A stretch of 63,430 nucleotides of DNA, filler included, from Kipferlia bialata (taxonomy: Eukaryota), in assembly GCA_003568945.1 (NCBI GenBank). It is 8 parts of 6 records of this genome, joined end to end, with 100 filler letters (N's around TTAATTAATTAA, not from the genome) between each part and the next. Parts side by side here need not be neighbours in the genome. Positions count along the whole stretch, not along the records: positions 49,698 to 54,739 come from BDIP01000543.1; positions 54,840 to 60,574 come from BDIP01000548.1; positions 60,675 to 63,430 come from BDIP01000642.1; 5 more parts are not named here. One strand, 5' to 3'. Each line of letters starts with the position of its first letter. The stretch's first letter is position 1. Below, one piece after another: positions 51,497 through 63,430 of this stretch. The translations under genes and the position numbers were made by a program. A model generated the notes under the pieces. It was not told the DNA's origin, did no database searches, and saw only the letters and a list, made by a program, of their open reading frames with translations.

Positions 51497-54400
51497 CTAG
51501 AGGTTGTCAGCCTGATGTGAGTATCATACGCAGTGATGAATACACATATTTCCCATCCCTAGTCATTCAAATAGTACACAGTATCAATGAGTAGCATGAC
51601 CCACCCTCTGCACCAGTGTGTCTGATATTGGTTCCTCAGGTGACACCTGGGCACAGGTAAAGGGGCCCAGCTGGGATGAGGATACGTAGAGGGGAGTAGT
51701 AGATTGTAGTACACTAATCTCACCTCCACGGTCTCTGGCTGGTTGTTTCTCCTCGCCTCCTCCCTCTGTCTCTGCCTCTCCCTGGCCTTGTACCACATCA
51801 GCTCCTGGTGTTGTGTGGCATAGGCCTCCCTCATGGCACTGTACATGTGCTTGGAGGCCTCTAGCTCTGACACCCCAGGGGGCAGTGTAGGGGGGCGGAG
51901 GGTCAGAGGCACACCCTGGTAGGTGTCAGGCTCAGGGTCGGTCTCGGACCCAGGCACAACCTCTACTACTCTACCCCTGCCCCTGCCCACTCTGTCTGGC
52001 TGTGGGGGTGCAGAGTCCTTCTGCTTTCTGGCCCTTAGGACAGCGGCTCTCTCCCTTTCCTTCTCCCTCTCCTTCTCCTTCTCCAGCCGTCTGGTCACCT
52101 CTCTCTCCCTCTCAGCCTTCCTCGCTGCCTCTCTCTTCATCTCTCTCTCCCTTGTCTCCTCCCTCCCCTGTGCCCCTGTCTTAAGGGAGCCCAGCTTGGC
52201 AGCGGATGGGGTGGCAGCCCACTGCCGGGGCTCTACCCGCTCACGCTGTTGGTGAGAGGAAATAGATAGGTATGGCTACCGACCACCATATTTGATATGT
52301 AATGGGACAAAGGTCACTTACCAGTTTCTCCATCCTGATGGTGAGGTCTTCCACTGTGGCCCTCTGGCCTGGTTCCTTCTGAGGGTAAGGTATATAGATA
52401 CACTATATATACAACACGTATATAGGTGTTCAGTATGCCCCGACCTGCAGCATGGAGTTGATGAGGTCTGCCAGCTCCTGGGACCCAGCCACTGCCGCAG
52501 TCACAGTGCTGGGGTGGGGGGACAGGGAATATCCATATTGAGTAATATAGAACATAAGGTTGTGTATGTGCGGAATATGGTTGCAATATAAGGTCACACA
52601 CGTACTCGAAGGTGCAGTTCTTGTGCAGCAGCCTCCTCCTCAGGGGTGTGATGTTGACTTGGGGTGTACGGCAGCACTCCTTAATGGCTTGGGTCATGAC
52701 CCACTTGGGGTTCAGCATCTGGGGTGGGGGGGAGGACGTATACAATACATCGTACTACATGTCATATAGTATATGAGGAGGCATATATACAGGTATCAAA
52801 CCTGGCTGAAGAGAAGACCGGCTGACCACACATCAGCAGTGTCATCGTATGTGCCGCTCTTGGCACCGGTGGAGGTGCACTCGTACTTGTACCCCCGGTC
52901 CCAGCACTGGGGGTAGAGGTCACAGACAGGTAAGAGAAGGAGACATTACACACATGAAATAGTAGGTAGTCACAATCCTACCTCAGGTGCCCTGTAGAGA
53001 TGGTTCCCGATCATCAGAGAGTTGGTAAGGGGGTTCTGGAGTGAGTTGAAGTCAGTGTATTCATTGCGGTGTGCCTACATTACTCCCATACCTCCCCGCC
53101 CATCAGCTTGCACAGCCCCAGGTCCACTATCTTGACGTGTGCCTGGCCATCTCTGATGTCCACCATGATGTTTTCATCCTGACAGGTGAGACACACTTCA
53201 CAGATGGAAGAGCTTGTAGAATACAGGGTCTAGTTACAACACATGAATCCTTAGGTAGCGAATAGAAGTGCGTGCTCTACAACACATCTACATGTCAATA
53301 CCTTGAGGTCTCTGTGAATGACGTGTGCTCTCTTCAGAGCCACAAGGCCAAGCAGGATCTAGAGGTCAGCGGCGATACTTACAAGGCAATTAGCTGTACT
53401 CCAAACGGGGTGAAAAGTCTCTCTACCTGGTGCATGATGCTGAGCATATGTGGTAGGGGCAGGAACCGGCACCTGGCTGGGTGTCTGGCCAGGTAGTCCT
53501 TCAGGGTGATGCCTGGGGTGGGGCAATATTGGTCTACAAGAAGTTATTCTAAGTAGGAATGACACTCACACAACCCATACCCTTTGCTAACTCCATGATG
53601 ATAACCATCTCATTGGGAGCGTCGGCATTGATGAAGTGGCCATTGAGTCTGGTGGTGAGGAGGAAGAGAAACACAGTAAGTAGTACTGGACTGCAGTGAG
53701 AGATAGGCAGAGACCAACACTCTATACTATACTCACTTGATGACAAAGTCTGAGTCCACTGCTAGGTACTGCACTGCAATCTCACTCCGGAGGTGGATCT
53801 GCCTCTGCCGGTACTCCTGGCCTGAAGGGTAAGAAGGGGTATCCAGGACATGTGTAGACAGGAATATATTACTGCTATAACCATGTCTCTCTACCTTGCG
53901 GTGTCTGCATATAGAGTGCGAAGTCCTCCTCAGACATACCGTCCCTGGGGTCCTGGGGTCAAAGGTATACACTGTTTGTGGATGATCCATATATCGCATC
54001 AGTGCTTGGAGCCAATCTAGTAGCTGTGACGTACCACGTTGCTGCTGTCTGTGATGCCGCATATGTTCTGGAACTTGGCTGCCACCATCTCACCTGTCTG
54101 GGTGTCTAGGGCCTAGGGTCAGAGATGCATAGTCTGGTCCAATAGAACTGTATCCTAAACGACGAATGCGTCTCTCTGACGTGCAGCTATATATATAATG
54201 CTAGATGCCCCACCTTGTACACCGACCCTGAGGCCCCTGACCCCAGCTCCCCCCCTACCCTGTACCTGTCAGTGAAGGAGATGCGGTCATGGACCTTGCT
54301 GGGGGTGAGAGTGTGGTTCGGGACAATACTATACTGAGAGGTCGTCTGTATACATGGGCTATGTTGGTATAAATCAGTACCTATCTGTGAGTGATGCGTT

Positions 54401-54666
54401 GAGCATGTGTATGGGCTGGTCCCTGGCATAACGGGACAGGGCGGTGGTGGCACGGCCACGACGCTTCCACCCACCCACGTACCTGGGGTCAGTTGATAAG
54501 ACATATATATGTATGAGAACAGAATGAACCACCTGTTATGCACCTGGAAGAACAACAAGATATACCAACATCAATGTACCACTCACCCGACCATCATCTC
54601 CTGCTCACTGTGTACTAATATGGTGCGGGGGCTGATCCTGCAGGCCCTGCCAAAGAGGAAACCAAC
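51497..54666 (-). CDS. Ser/Thr protein kinase with a charged coiled-coil tail (5' partial)
   Basis: ELGSGASGSVYK, VAAK, IIMELAKG, VIHRDLKDENIM, KIVDLGLCK, GNHLYRAPE, ADVWSAG across spliced exons. Confidence 0.92.
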
Positions 54667-54739
54667 CTGGGTTAGAATGGGGGGGGGGGGGAAGAAGACA
54701 ACGGGGAGTGACAGGAGGGCAGTGAATATATGCATCCGA

Positions 54740-54839
54740 NNNNNNNNNNNNNNNNNNNNNNNNNNNNNNNNNNNNNNNNNNNNTTAATTAATTAANNNNN
54801 NNNNNNNNNNNNNNNNNNNNNNNNNNNNNNNNNNNNNNN
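54740..54839. other. Artificial contig linker
   Basis: N44-TTAATTAATTAA-N44. Confidence 0.97.
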
Positions 54840-54923
54840 CCCTCCCCCCCCCCCACTTCTCTCCCCCCCCCCCCCCCCCCCCCCTACACACACACACTAT
54901 CCCTACCCTCATACTGATACCAG

Positions 54924-57900
54924 ACTCATATCCCTGTTGGTCCAGGGCAACAGAACCACATCACCTGGGTTTGCATACGAGTTCCTGTCATCAATCAAGG
55001 TACACCCACGTATCTTCCCTCTCTGTCTTTGGTATTCTAAGGAGGTCCATTGCTCTCTCTTTCTCTAGATATAAACCCTATACAAATTACATTCCTCTCA
55101 CACTAGGACGCTCTATCCGATGCCCTGTATCTCTTCATATGTATTCATATTACTTCTCACCTCAGGACGCTCTGTCCAATGCCGATGCCCTGTAGATAAC
55201 AATTACTCTCTTTTGAGTCTCTGTGCCTCTCTCCACAGTTATGATGACGCATCTCTTCTCACCCCAGGACGCCCTGTCCAATGCCGATGCCCTGTATCTG
55301 GCCAGGGACACAGGCACAGAGGGGGAGGGAGAGACAGCAGGGGAGGCAGAGACTGAGGGAGAGGGCAAGAGAGAGAGAGAGGAGACGGAGGAGGAGAAGG
55401 CCATGGCCCATGTGAGGAAGGTATCACAGAGTGGTATATATATATGTGTGTGTGCGTGTGGGTGTCTATATTGCTACTACTACTTGTCATATATCTCTCT
55501 ACCATCCCTCTCACCCCCTAGGTTGCCTCTCTGATGAGTGCTGTCGAGAGGCGTAACAGATGTCTGGCCTATCTGCAGCTGGGTGTCATAGCAGCCAATG
55601 CATACGATGGGAGGTATGGTTATGCAATTGATGCACACCAGTGAATTTATATAGAGTAATTGATACACCCCAGTCGATATATGACCTTAATACAATGCAT
55701 TCGATGGGAGGTATGAGTATTGTGATACACATATCCCTTGCTAGAGATCACATATATAGTTGTACAGTCAGTTACCATTGCCAATGCATATGATGGAGTG
55801 TGTGTATTTAGTGGTAAGCAGCGGATACGTATCCTTTGCTGAGATCACATATATAGTCGTATTGCATGTTACAATTAAAGGGCATATCCTCAGACCTAGA
55901 CACACCTTTGCCGCTGAGCTTCTGCCATAAACAAATGTCACTATATTGACATCGATGCTATGATATTCTGTTTACAATTACTATTTGAGTCAATAATATT
56001 GATGTAACACATCTCACCCCAGACACCCCTTTGCGGCTGAGCTCCTGTCCCTGTCCACACACTATGTCCACATGGGGGCACTGTTCAGAGTGGACATGGG
56101 AGGTATATATAAGTGTATAAGTGTATTATTGGATATTCTATATAGTAGAGAGATAGAGAGGGGTGTATGTATACTGGTACTATATCACTATGTCCACATG
56201 GGGGCACTGTTCAGAGTGGACATGGGAGGTAGGGAAATGTCTATATATATGTATATACACTTGTATTGTATACAAAATATAGGACAGGGAGTGAGGGGTG
56301 TGTGTATATACTATAATACATATATAAATGGGGGCACTGTTCAGAGTGGATATGGGAGGTAGGGATATACATACATGTACTGTATTCCTGTGTATACGGG
56401 CACTGTTCAGAGTGGACATAGTACATATTGGTAGTATATGTATCCAGTATGTGTGTTGCTTCATATATATATGACACCCACACTCAGGCGCTGCCTCACT
56501 TACACCTGTGTACCCTAGTTGATGTGTGTATACTAACCCCCAGGCTCTGCTTCCAAGTCTGCCCCCAAGGGCAAGGGAAAGGCAGCAGCCCCAGTGGCCA
56601 CGGGGGGGACAGCCCAGGTATGTTTTGCGCATATGTGTGTTTATACTACAAATATTTATATCGCTATTATCACTTATAGTAACTCAACATTATTAATTAC
56701 ACGTAGATATATTAATAATATTTATCGACAGCTTATATAGAATAGTTTCAGTGGCTACAGGGGTGACAGCTCATGTTGAGTGCTATATATACGTGTCACC
56801 TAAAGGTGGTTGGATACCATCTTGGGTATTTTCAATTCAATCCCCCCTCCCCCCTCATGTTGACACGGCCCTTGTGTCTAGGATCTGTATATATATACAT
56901 ACATATATATATATATATACTCTATATCTGTATATTGTATATATATGCATCTCACCCCGTCAAGTTGACACGTTCCTGGTGTCTGTATATATGTATCTGT
57001 GTATATGTATATATACATATGTATATACACACTATATGTGTATCGTATATATATTGTATATATGCCTCACCCTATCAGGTTGACACGTCCCTTGTTTATA
57101 ATAGTATATGTGTCAGTGTATAAACACAATATGTGTATATACATATACTATATACATATTCTCACCCTATCAGGTTGACACGTCTCTAGTCCCCAGACAG
57201 ATGGCTGCCCTGCTACTGGTGGGCGAGGGTTACATTGCAAAGTTCAATAGGTGGGCACTCATATATATGGTATATATGAGTACATATATCGTAAAGGTAC
57301 GGTATTCAGTCATATTTCCTGACCCCATCCTATGCTCGGCTTGTCTATATACATGATAGTTACCTATATATGGGAGATACAAATTCACGTGGTGTGGATA
57401 CAACATGCCTCCATGTATACTATAATTCACCCCAGCCTGTGCTCTGGCCTTGTCTCTACAGGTGTGCCCAGGAACAGTGCCACATACACAATGGGGCAGC
57501 AGACTAGTAGGTATAGTATAGTGGACATATATGTATATATATATATATGATGGTGTATATAGTGCCACATACACAATGGGGCAGCAGACTAGTAGGTATA
57601 GTATAGTGTATATATATGTATATATATATGATGGTGTATGTAGTGCCACATACACAATGGGACAGCAGACTAGTAGGTATTGAGTGTATGTATATATTCC
57701 TACCTATACAGTTATGTATAGTATCCACCCCCCGAGGGAGTTGGTCTCTGCCCTGACCTATGTATATGTAGAGTTAATTGCAATATCAGGACGATATATA
57801 CATGTTTCCCAGTACAGTCTTGTGTGGTGTTGTGTGGTATCATCCTCACCCCCAGGGAGATGGTGTCTTCCCTGCATCAATATATTGATATTGATAAGGA

Positions 57901-60474
57901 CAGTATAGGATATCTCTCTCTTGTTTCTCTGTGTATCATCCTCACCCCTAGGGAGATGGTGTCTGCCCTTACCACTGCCTGTACACTGCTCAACAAGTGC
58001 ATGGACACAATGGAGGTACATACATATATATGAGTATACATGTGTATAGACTATATATATTCTAGAAGGTGTACCCTACTCAACAAGTGCATGGACACAA
58101 TGGAGGTATGGGTATGAGTGTGAATACGCATTTATAGATGTGATAGTATGTACATTTGTGCAAATTCATTGTCATTTGGACATAACCATCTATATAGTAC
58201 AATCCTCCCCCCCCTTCAACTACCTCACCCTCAGACCTACCGCTCCATGCTCACCTCCACCCAGCTAGACCCTGTCTACACCCTTAATGCACTCAGACTG
58301 GCGGTGTCTGGGGCAAAGATTCTCATTACTGCACTCGACAGCCTCAGGTCAGGATGAATGTATGATTAGGATATATATATATGTATATATACATATGATG
58401 TCTACTGTGTATAGTGTTTGTATCTCTCACTGTTAGGTGTGGCCCTGGCGAGATATCAGCATGCGTCCCTGCCTCTCTGGCAGCATGTGTGCACAGGTGT
58501 GTGGGTATAAGTACTATATTGTACATATATTCATTAATAGTATGTATATATCCCCTGCCTCTCTGGCAGCGTGTGTGCACAGGTATGTGTGTATCAATAC
58601 TATTCCGATAGTTGTTTACTATCTAATGTATTATTATATTATATGTCTGTTCGGGACAATGATCTGTATGCTATATTATGTTTGCATTCTCACCCCAGGT
58701 TCCTCCCCTTCCTGATAGGCCCTGAGTCCTATAGCGCCATGCACCTCAAGGGGGAGACAGCCGGTGTGTGAATATGTTCATTGTCCTACTTTGCCATACG
58801 CAGCATAGTCTATCCGTGTACAGGCCCCCTCATATCATCCTACTAGATACGCCCGCATGTATACACGAACATCCCTTACCTCTAGGTGGCAAGCGTGCCC
58901 GTGCCGGTATAGAGATCAAGGGCCTGTGTGCTGCTGTGGCACTGCTAGAAGTGCAGGTATGGATGTGTGTGTGTATTTGTGGATATTCCTTACTCTGTGT
59001 ATTACTGAGTTCCAAGTATTCCAAGTGTGTATACCTTATGCATTGGTGTATGTGTATGAGTTGGTATGTATCTGCCCCCCTCACTGTTAGGCCCTCGCCA
59101 CTGAGGAGAGTATCACCTGCAACCCCCTAGTCTTCAAGACAAAGAGAGAGAGGGAGGGAGAGAGAGAGAAGGAGAGAGAGGCAGAGGGGACAGGAGAGAC
59201 AGCACCTGAGACAGATGCGGCAGAGGCAGAGGCAGAGGCTGTACCTGAGCCAACCCCCGGGCAGATAGCAAGAGAGGAGGCAGAGGCAGAGAGGGAGAGA
59301 GAGAGGGAGAGAGAGATCGACAGGGAGAGAGAGTCCCTGCGCCACGTATCTGTCTCTGTCAAGGGGGGTAGCAGGGTGCTGGACACGGGCACAGAGTCAA
59401 GGTATCACTATTACTGTATATTGAGATTGTTATATGTATGTGTGTGGTTGTATATATGTGTACATATCGTAGTAGGTGCTGGACACGAACACAGAGTCAA
59501 GGTATCACTATTACTATGTATTTAGATTGTTATGTGTATCTGTATGAGTGTGGTGCTGGACACGGGCACAGAGTCGAGGTAATGCCACATGTGTATATAG
59601 TACATATTACATGACTGATTGAGTGTATCTGTGTGTATGTCATTTGTGAAAGGTCCACTGGATTCGAGTCTTGGTGGGTGTCATACCATGTCGTTAGTGT
59701 TATGGTAATGGTATGGAGCTGATTCCAACACTAACCATGAGGCGTCGCCGTTGCACCTACAGATATGCTCTGTCTGACAGGGAGAGAGAGAGAGAGGCAG
59801 AGAGGGGTGTTGATACAGGAGCTGATGGTGATGACACAGACACTAAGGGTGCCGAGGACAGTGCTGCTCTGGAGGCCTTGAAGGTACAGTATTGGATCAA
59901 TATACCATATATTCATGCCTACTTCCCATAATGAACACCCTATCACTTCCCGCTATCCCTTAATTCTTGAGTCCTAATGAGTGCTCTCTTACCCTTGTTC
60001 TGACCTGCACCGGTGCAGTATATATGATAGCTCTCTCTCTCTCTATATATATATGGGTGTAGACACCTGTCTCTCACCCTTCAGTCCTCCCTAACCCTTG
60101 TGCTGACCTGCACCGATGCAGTGTGCACGGAGTACAGGGTCAGACTGATTGACATATCACCAGAGGCTGACACTAAGGGTATGGTGTTATATGTATATAT
60201 GCATATGCAGCTATGGGCATGGTATGGGTGGGTGGGAGGGTGATAGCCGATGGCACCGTTGATGGCGTACCTTTGATATCACCTGTGATATGGTGATAGA
60301 TGTACATCATGTGATATGTTCATATATAATTGTGACCCCTCTCACTTCCAGGCATCACCCTGTACCCCAGGATGGCATCAGCCGTTGCATCCATTGTGAG
60401 GATAGGCTTCTATCTTCAGTCACTCGCTGGCAACACGGTGGCCAGTCTGCCTGACCTGACACCCTCCCATGCAG
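54924..60474 (+). CDS. Internal part of a large hypothetical helical protein (about 16 exons; both ends missing)
   Basis: Phase-consistent exons, e.g. VASLMSAVERRNRCLAYLQLG, SASKSAPKGKGKAAAP, EMVSALTTACTLLNKCMDTME; introns expanded by junction duplications. Confidence 0.75.
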
Positions 60475-60525
60475 GTATGTTGATGCATGAACAATATCTT
60501 TCTCTCTCGTCTGGCCATGCTCCCC

Positions 60526-60574
<49 letters not shown>

Positions 60575-60674
60575 NNNNNNNNNNNNNNNNNNNNNNNNNN
60601 NNNNNNNNNNNNNNNNNNTTAATTAATTAANNNNNNNNNNNNNNNNNNNNNNNNNNNNNNNNNNNNNNNNNNNN
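60575..60674. other. Artificial contig linker
   Basis: N44-TTAATTAATTAA-N44. Confidence 0.97.
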
Positions 60675-60728
<54 letters not shown>

Positions 60729-60806
60729 GGCATGCAGGGTGGCATCAGCACAGGCTGAGTAAACGGCTATCGGTACAGAATGAGTTTGACACTGCTGACC
60801 CCATAC

Positions 60807-61734
60807 CTGCTGCTCTATGCGCTGTCTCTCCCCCTCCAGCTTGGCTGCCTTGACCTGCAGTCCTTCCTTCAAGGTGTCCTGGTGCACACAGATGTGCAGC
60901 AACCGCTCTGCCTCCAGCTCGGCCTGAGGGTGAGGTATGAAAATTGTCTTACTTATTGGATATTTAATTTAGATATTGGAGGATATATAGACGCAGAGAG
61001 AGGATGTAGGTATACATAACCATGTGTATGTGGGTATAGGTGAGATATGGTATGTGTATGGTCATATTGATACACCCCAGATCTGACGGTCAGGAGTGGA
61101 TAGCCTATGGACATATGCATATGCACGCATGTCTATATATAGGAATTGGATATAATCAAGATATGTAGCTGGCAGAGGTCGTATTAGACCCATACAATGA
61201 CTATACAGGACACACTGATAGAAACCACTTGACTTGCAGTTTCCAAGCACTTCCAAAGACTCAAAATTCTCAACTCCGCCAGAATATAGTGAAGACTAGG
61301 AGAGTGGGAAGAGCAAAGTTCAGCACTCTGCAGTGGTGAGCAGTATATGTATGTACATATACACATCCCACATATCTCATACAGAGAGGGTGTATCATAT
61401 CCTACCCGACCGATGAAACTCCCACATCCACTACATACGCCCCACCTTTAGCCTCTTGATCTCTGCGTCCTTGTCCTCATCCACCTTTGCATGCCGCGCA
61501 GTGCGGGCCTGGGTGTCAGAATCACTAGACAAGATGGGGAGGAGGGGTGTACGCAAAATTCTAAATCCGGACCTGAGTTGCCCTGGCCAATCCCTGTGCC
61601 TCTCTCACTAGGGATATCGCCTCCTGCCTCAACTCAATCATCTCCTTCGTCGGTGGGGTCGCTACAGGGGTCTTTGGCACTGTCTTGGGTACTGGTTTGG
61701 GTCTGGTGGGTGTGCGGGCAATACGCGCTGGCAT
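60807..61734 (-). CDS. Coiled-coil hypothetical protein, 5' exons
   Basis: MPARIARTPTRPKP..EMIELRQEA / DEDKDAEIKRLK / AELEAERLL..KLEGERQRIEQQ, phase-0 introns. Confidence 0.65.
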
Positions 61735-61890
61735 TGTATTGGGTAGGGAAGCGTTCTTTGAGTGGCACAATATCAAAACAAAAACAATCGAGATAAGGGT
61801 CCAATGTAACAATCATTGCGAGTTACACAATCCTATGGAACCTCGCAAATGCTATGCTCTGGGCACTATGTGGTCTATCTATATTGATAT

Positions 61891-63335
61891 CTAGGCCCCG
61901 AATAGTCTGTCGACCGCTGCGTCCACATCCCCCCCGCACTCCCAGAGGAGGTTGAGCAGATGGGCGTCGTCCTGGCTGAATCCCATGGCCCTGAGCTGGG
62001 AGAGCTGGTCGGAGAACCTGAGGGTGAGTATATATGGTATCAAGTATATTCATATAGAGTACATGTGGTGAAGTGTATACACCTTGTGGCCAGGGTGGCT
62101 GTGTCCGGTGCCACTGTCTCTCTCTCAGGCTGTCTCTGTCTGGGTGGGGCACCAAACATACCCCCCATTCCACCCATCCCACCCATCCCTCCCATCCCAG
62201 CCAGTGACCCCAGGTCCATGCCGCCCATGCCCAGACTGTCCAGCATGTCCTGCATGCCTAGAGGTAAGGATATGCATATAGTACATAAGAGTGTATGAAT
62301 AGTGTATATATACATACTATGCCAAGGCTGTCCAGCATGTCCTGCATGCCTGGAGTTAGAGGTATCACTATATACTAGAGTATATAGTATAGTATATAAT
62401 GGATAGTATATGGTACATATACATACTAACTATACCCAGACTGTCCAGCATATCCTGCATGCCTGATGGGGTGAGAGGGTAGGTGTGGGAATGTGTGTGT
62501 GTATATGTATGTGTACCCACCTGGGAACATGCCGCCCATGCCGCCTGCCCTCCCCCTGCCCCCAGGTGGGGAGGCCCAGGGGTTAGGGAGGGGGGCATCC
62601 CCATCGGACAGACCACCGTCACTGTCCTCAGCACCCGTGTCATCCCTGGGGTTAGAGAGAGAGAGAGAGAGTACTATTCTATGCTATACTATACATATAT
62701 ATACCTCCCCGTGACCATGTTGTGCTGGCTGGCCATGGCATCGTGGTATCTCTCAATCATGCGCATGCCCCCTGGCTGCATGGAGGCATGGGCCATGGCC
62801 CTGGGGTGAGTAGGAGAATATGTATATGTACAGTGCATATACTTCTCGTTGAACGAAAAATACCATTGCACTATACAATACACTATATATCACACTTACC
62901 TGTCATTATTTGCCGACATCTGGGCCATGAGGTCTGGGTTGGAGGCAGCGGCCATGGCCTGGGTCAGATAGATGTAGAGACACATAACAATATTGAGAGA
63001 GAGCAACTTAGACGGAGAGGCAAGGAGGGAGGGGGCAGCGGCCATGGCATGGGGGTGAGATGGAGGTATAGAGGAATACATATATACTAGGGGACAAAAG
63101 ATTGGGGGGGATAATAGTGATATATCAGACTAATGCTAGTATTGCTGTATGTATATAGTATATGTATATATACTCTGTCTATACCTGTCTGAGGGTGTCC
63201 GGGTCTCTCAGGGCATATACATATATATGCATCATACATTTACATCAAGATCAATATCTATACATATATACACCTGTCTGAGGGTGTCTGGGTCCCTCAG
63301 GGCAGCAGCCATCTCTGGGAACCTCTCGGTCAGGG
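61891..63335 (-). CDS. DSK2: Ubiquilin/Dsk2-like proteasome shuttle factor (STI1 + UBA; 5' partial)
   Basis: PEMAAALRDPDTLRQ|AMAAASNPDLMAQM..NDRAM, PLPNPW, UBA RFSDQLSQLRAMGF..GGDVDAAVDRLF. Confidence 0.9.
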
Positions 63336-63430
63336 CTGGGGTAAGGTATGATGAAGGGGGGGATTCACCGAGATACACACTGTGGAGAAGGAGGGGGGGG
63401 GGGGGGCAGTGAAAACACGTCAACACTTCA

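Noticed and set aside
54534..54544. Possible 11-nt micro-exon in the kinase gene
   Set aside because: Flanking exons already join in frame without it
56061..57680. Repeat-spacer-repeat pattern resembling a CRISPR array
   Set aside because: Repeats are copies of local exon ends and differ between clusters, spacers are TA-rich intron, there are no cas genes, and the context is eukaryotic
59663..59676. 14-mer TTCGAGTCTTGGTG shared with 29718-29731, plus a nearby weak hairpin
   Set aside because: A 14-nt match is expected by chance in 63 kb; no tRNA, snoRNA or SECIS structure is supportable

Overview
Intron-rich eukaryotic (protist) DNA, not prokaryotic. It has short GT-AG introns with a branch-point-like CT(C/G/A)AC motif just upstream of the acceptor AG, (CT)n/(TA)n-rich introns and a Kelch-like gene ending in LYPHPDMGWA. 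This resembles a free-living fornicate/metamonad such as Kipferlia (inference, not database-checked). The window is an artificial concatenation of 8 segments joined by 44N-TTAATTAATTAA-44N linkers, so synteny across linkers is meaningless. Manual splicing gives: RNA polymerase I subunit RPA2 (N-terminus missing), proteasome alpha-5, ubiquilin/Dsk2, a PX-BAR sorting nexin, a Ser/Thr kinase, a UBL-RING E3 ligase, a class A GPCR-like protein, two RI-like LRR genes, a giant Kelch/Cys-rich/GCC2 membrane protein, a degraded tyrosine recombinase and several hypothetical genes. The strongest unexplained signal is about 20 exon-intron junctions carrying 1-3 progressively decayed copies ('echoes') of the junction inside the adjacent intron. 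Some echoes keep splice sites and could form new in-frame micro-exons.
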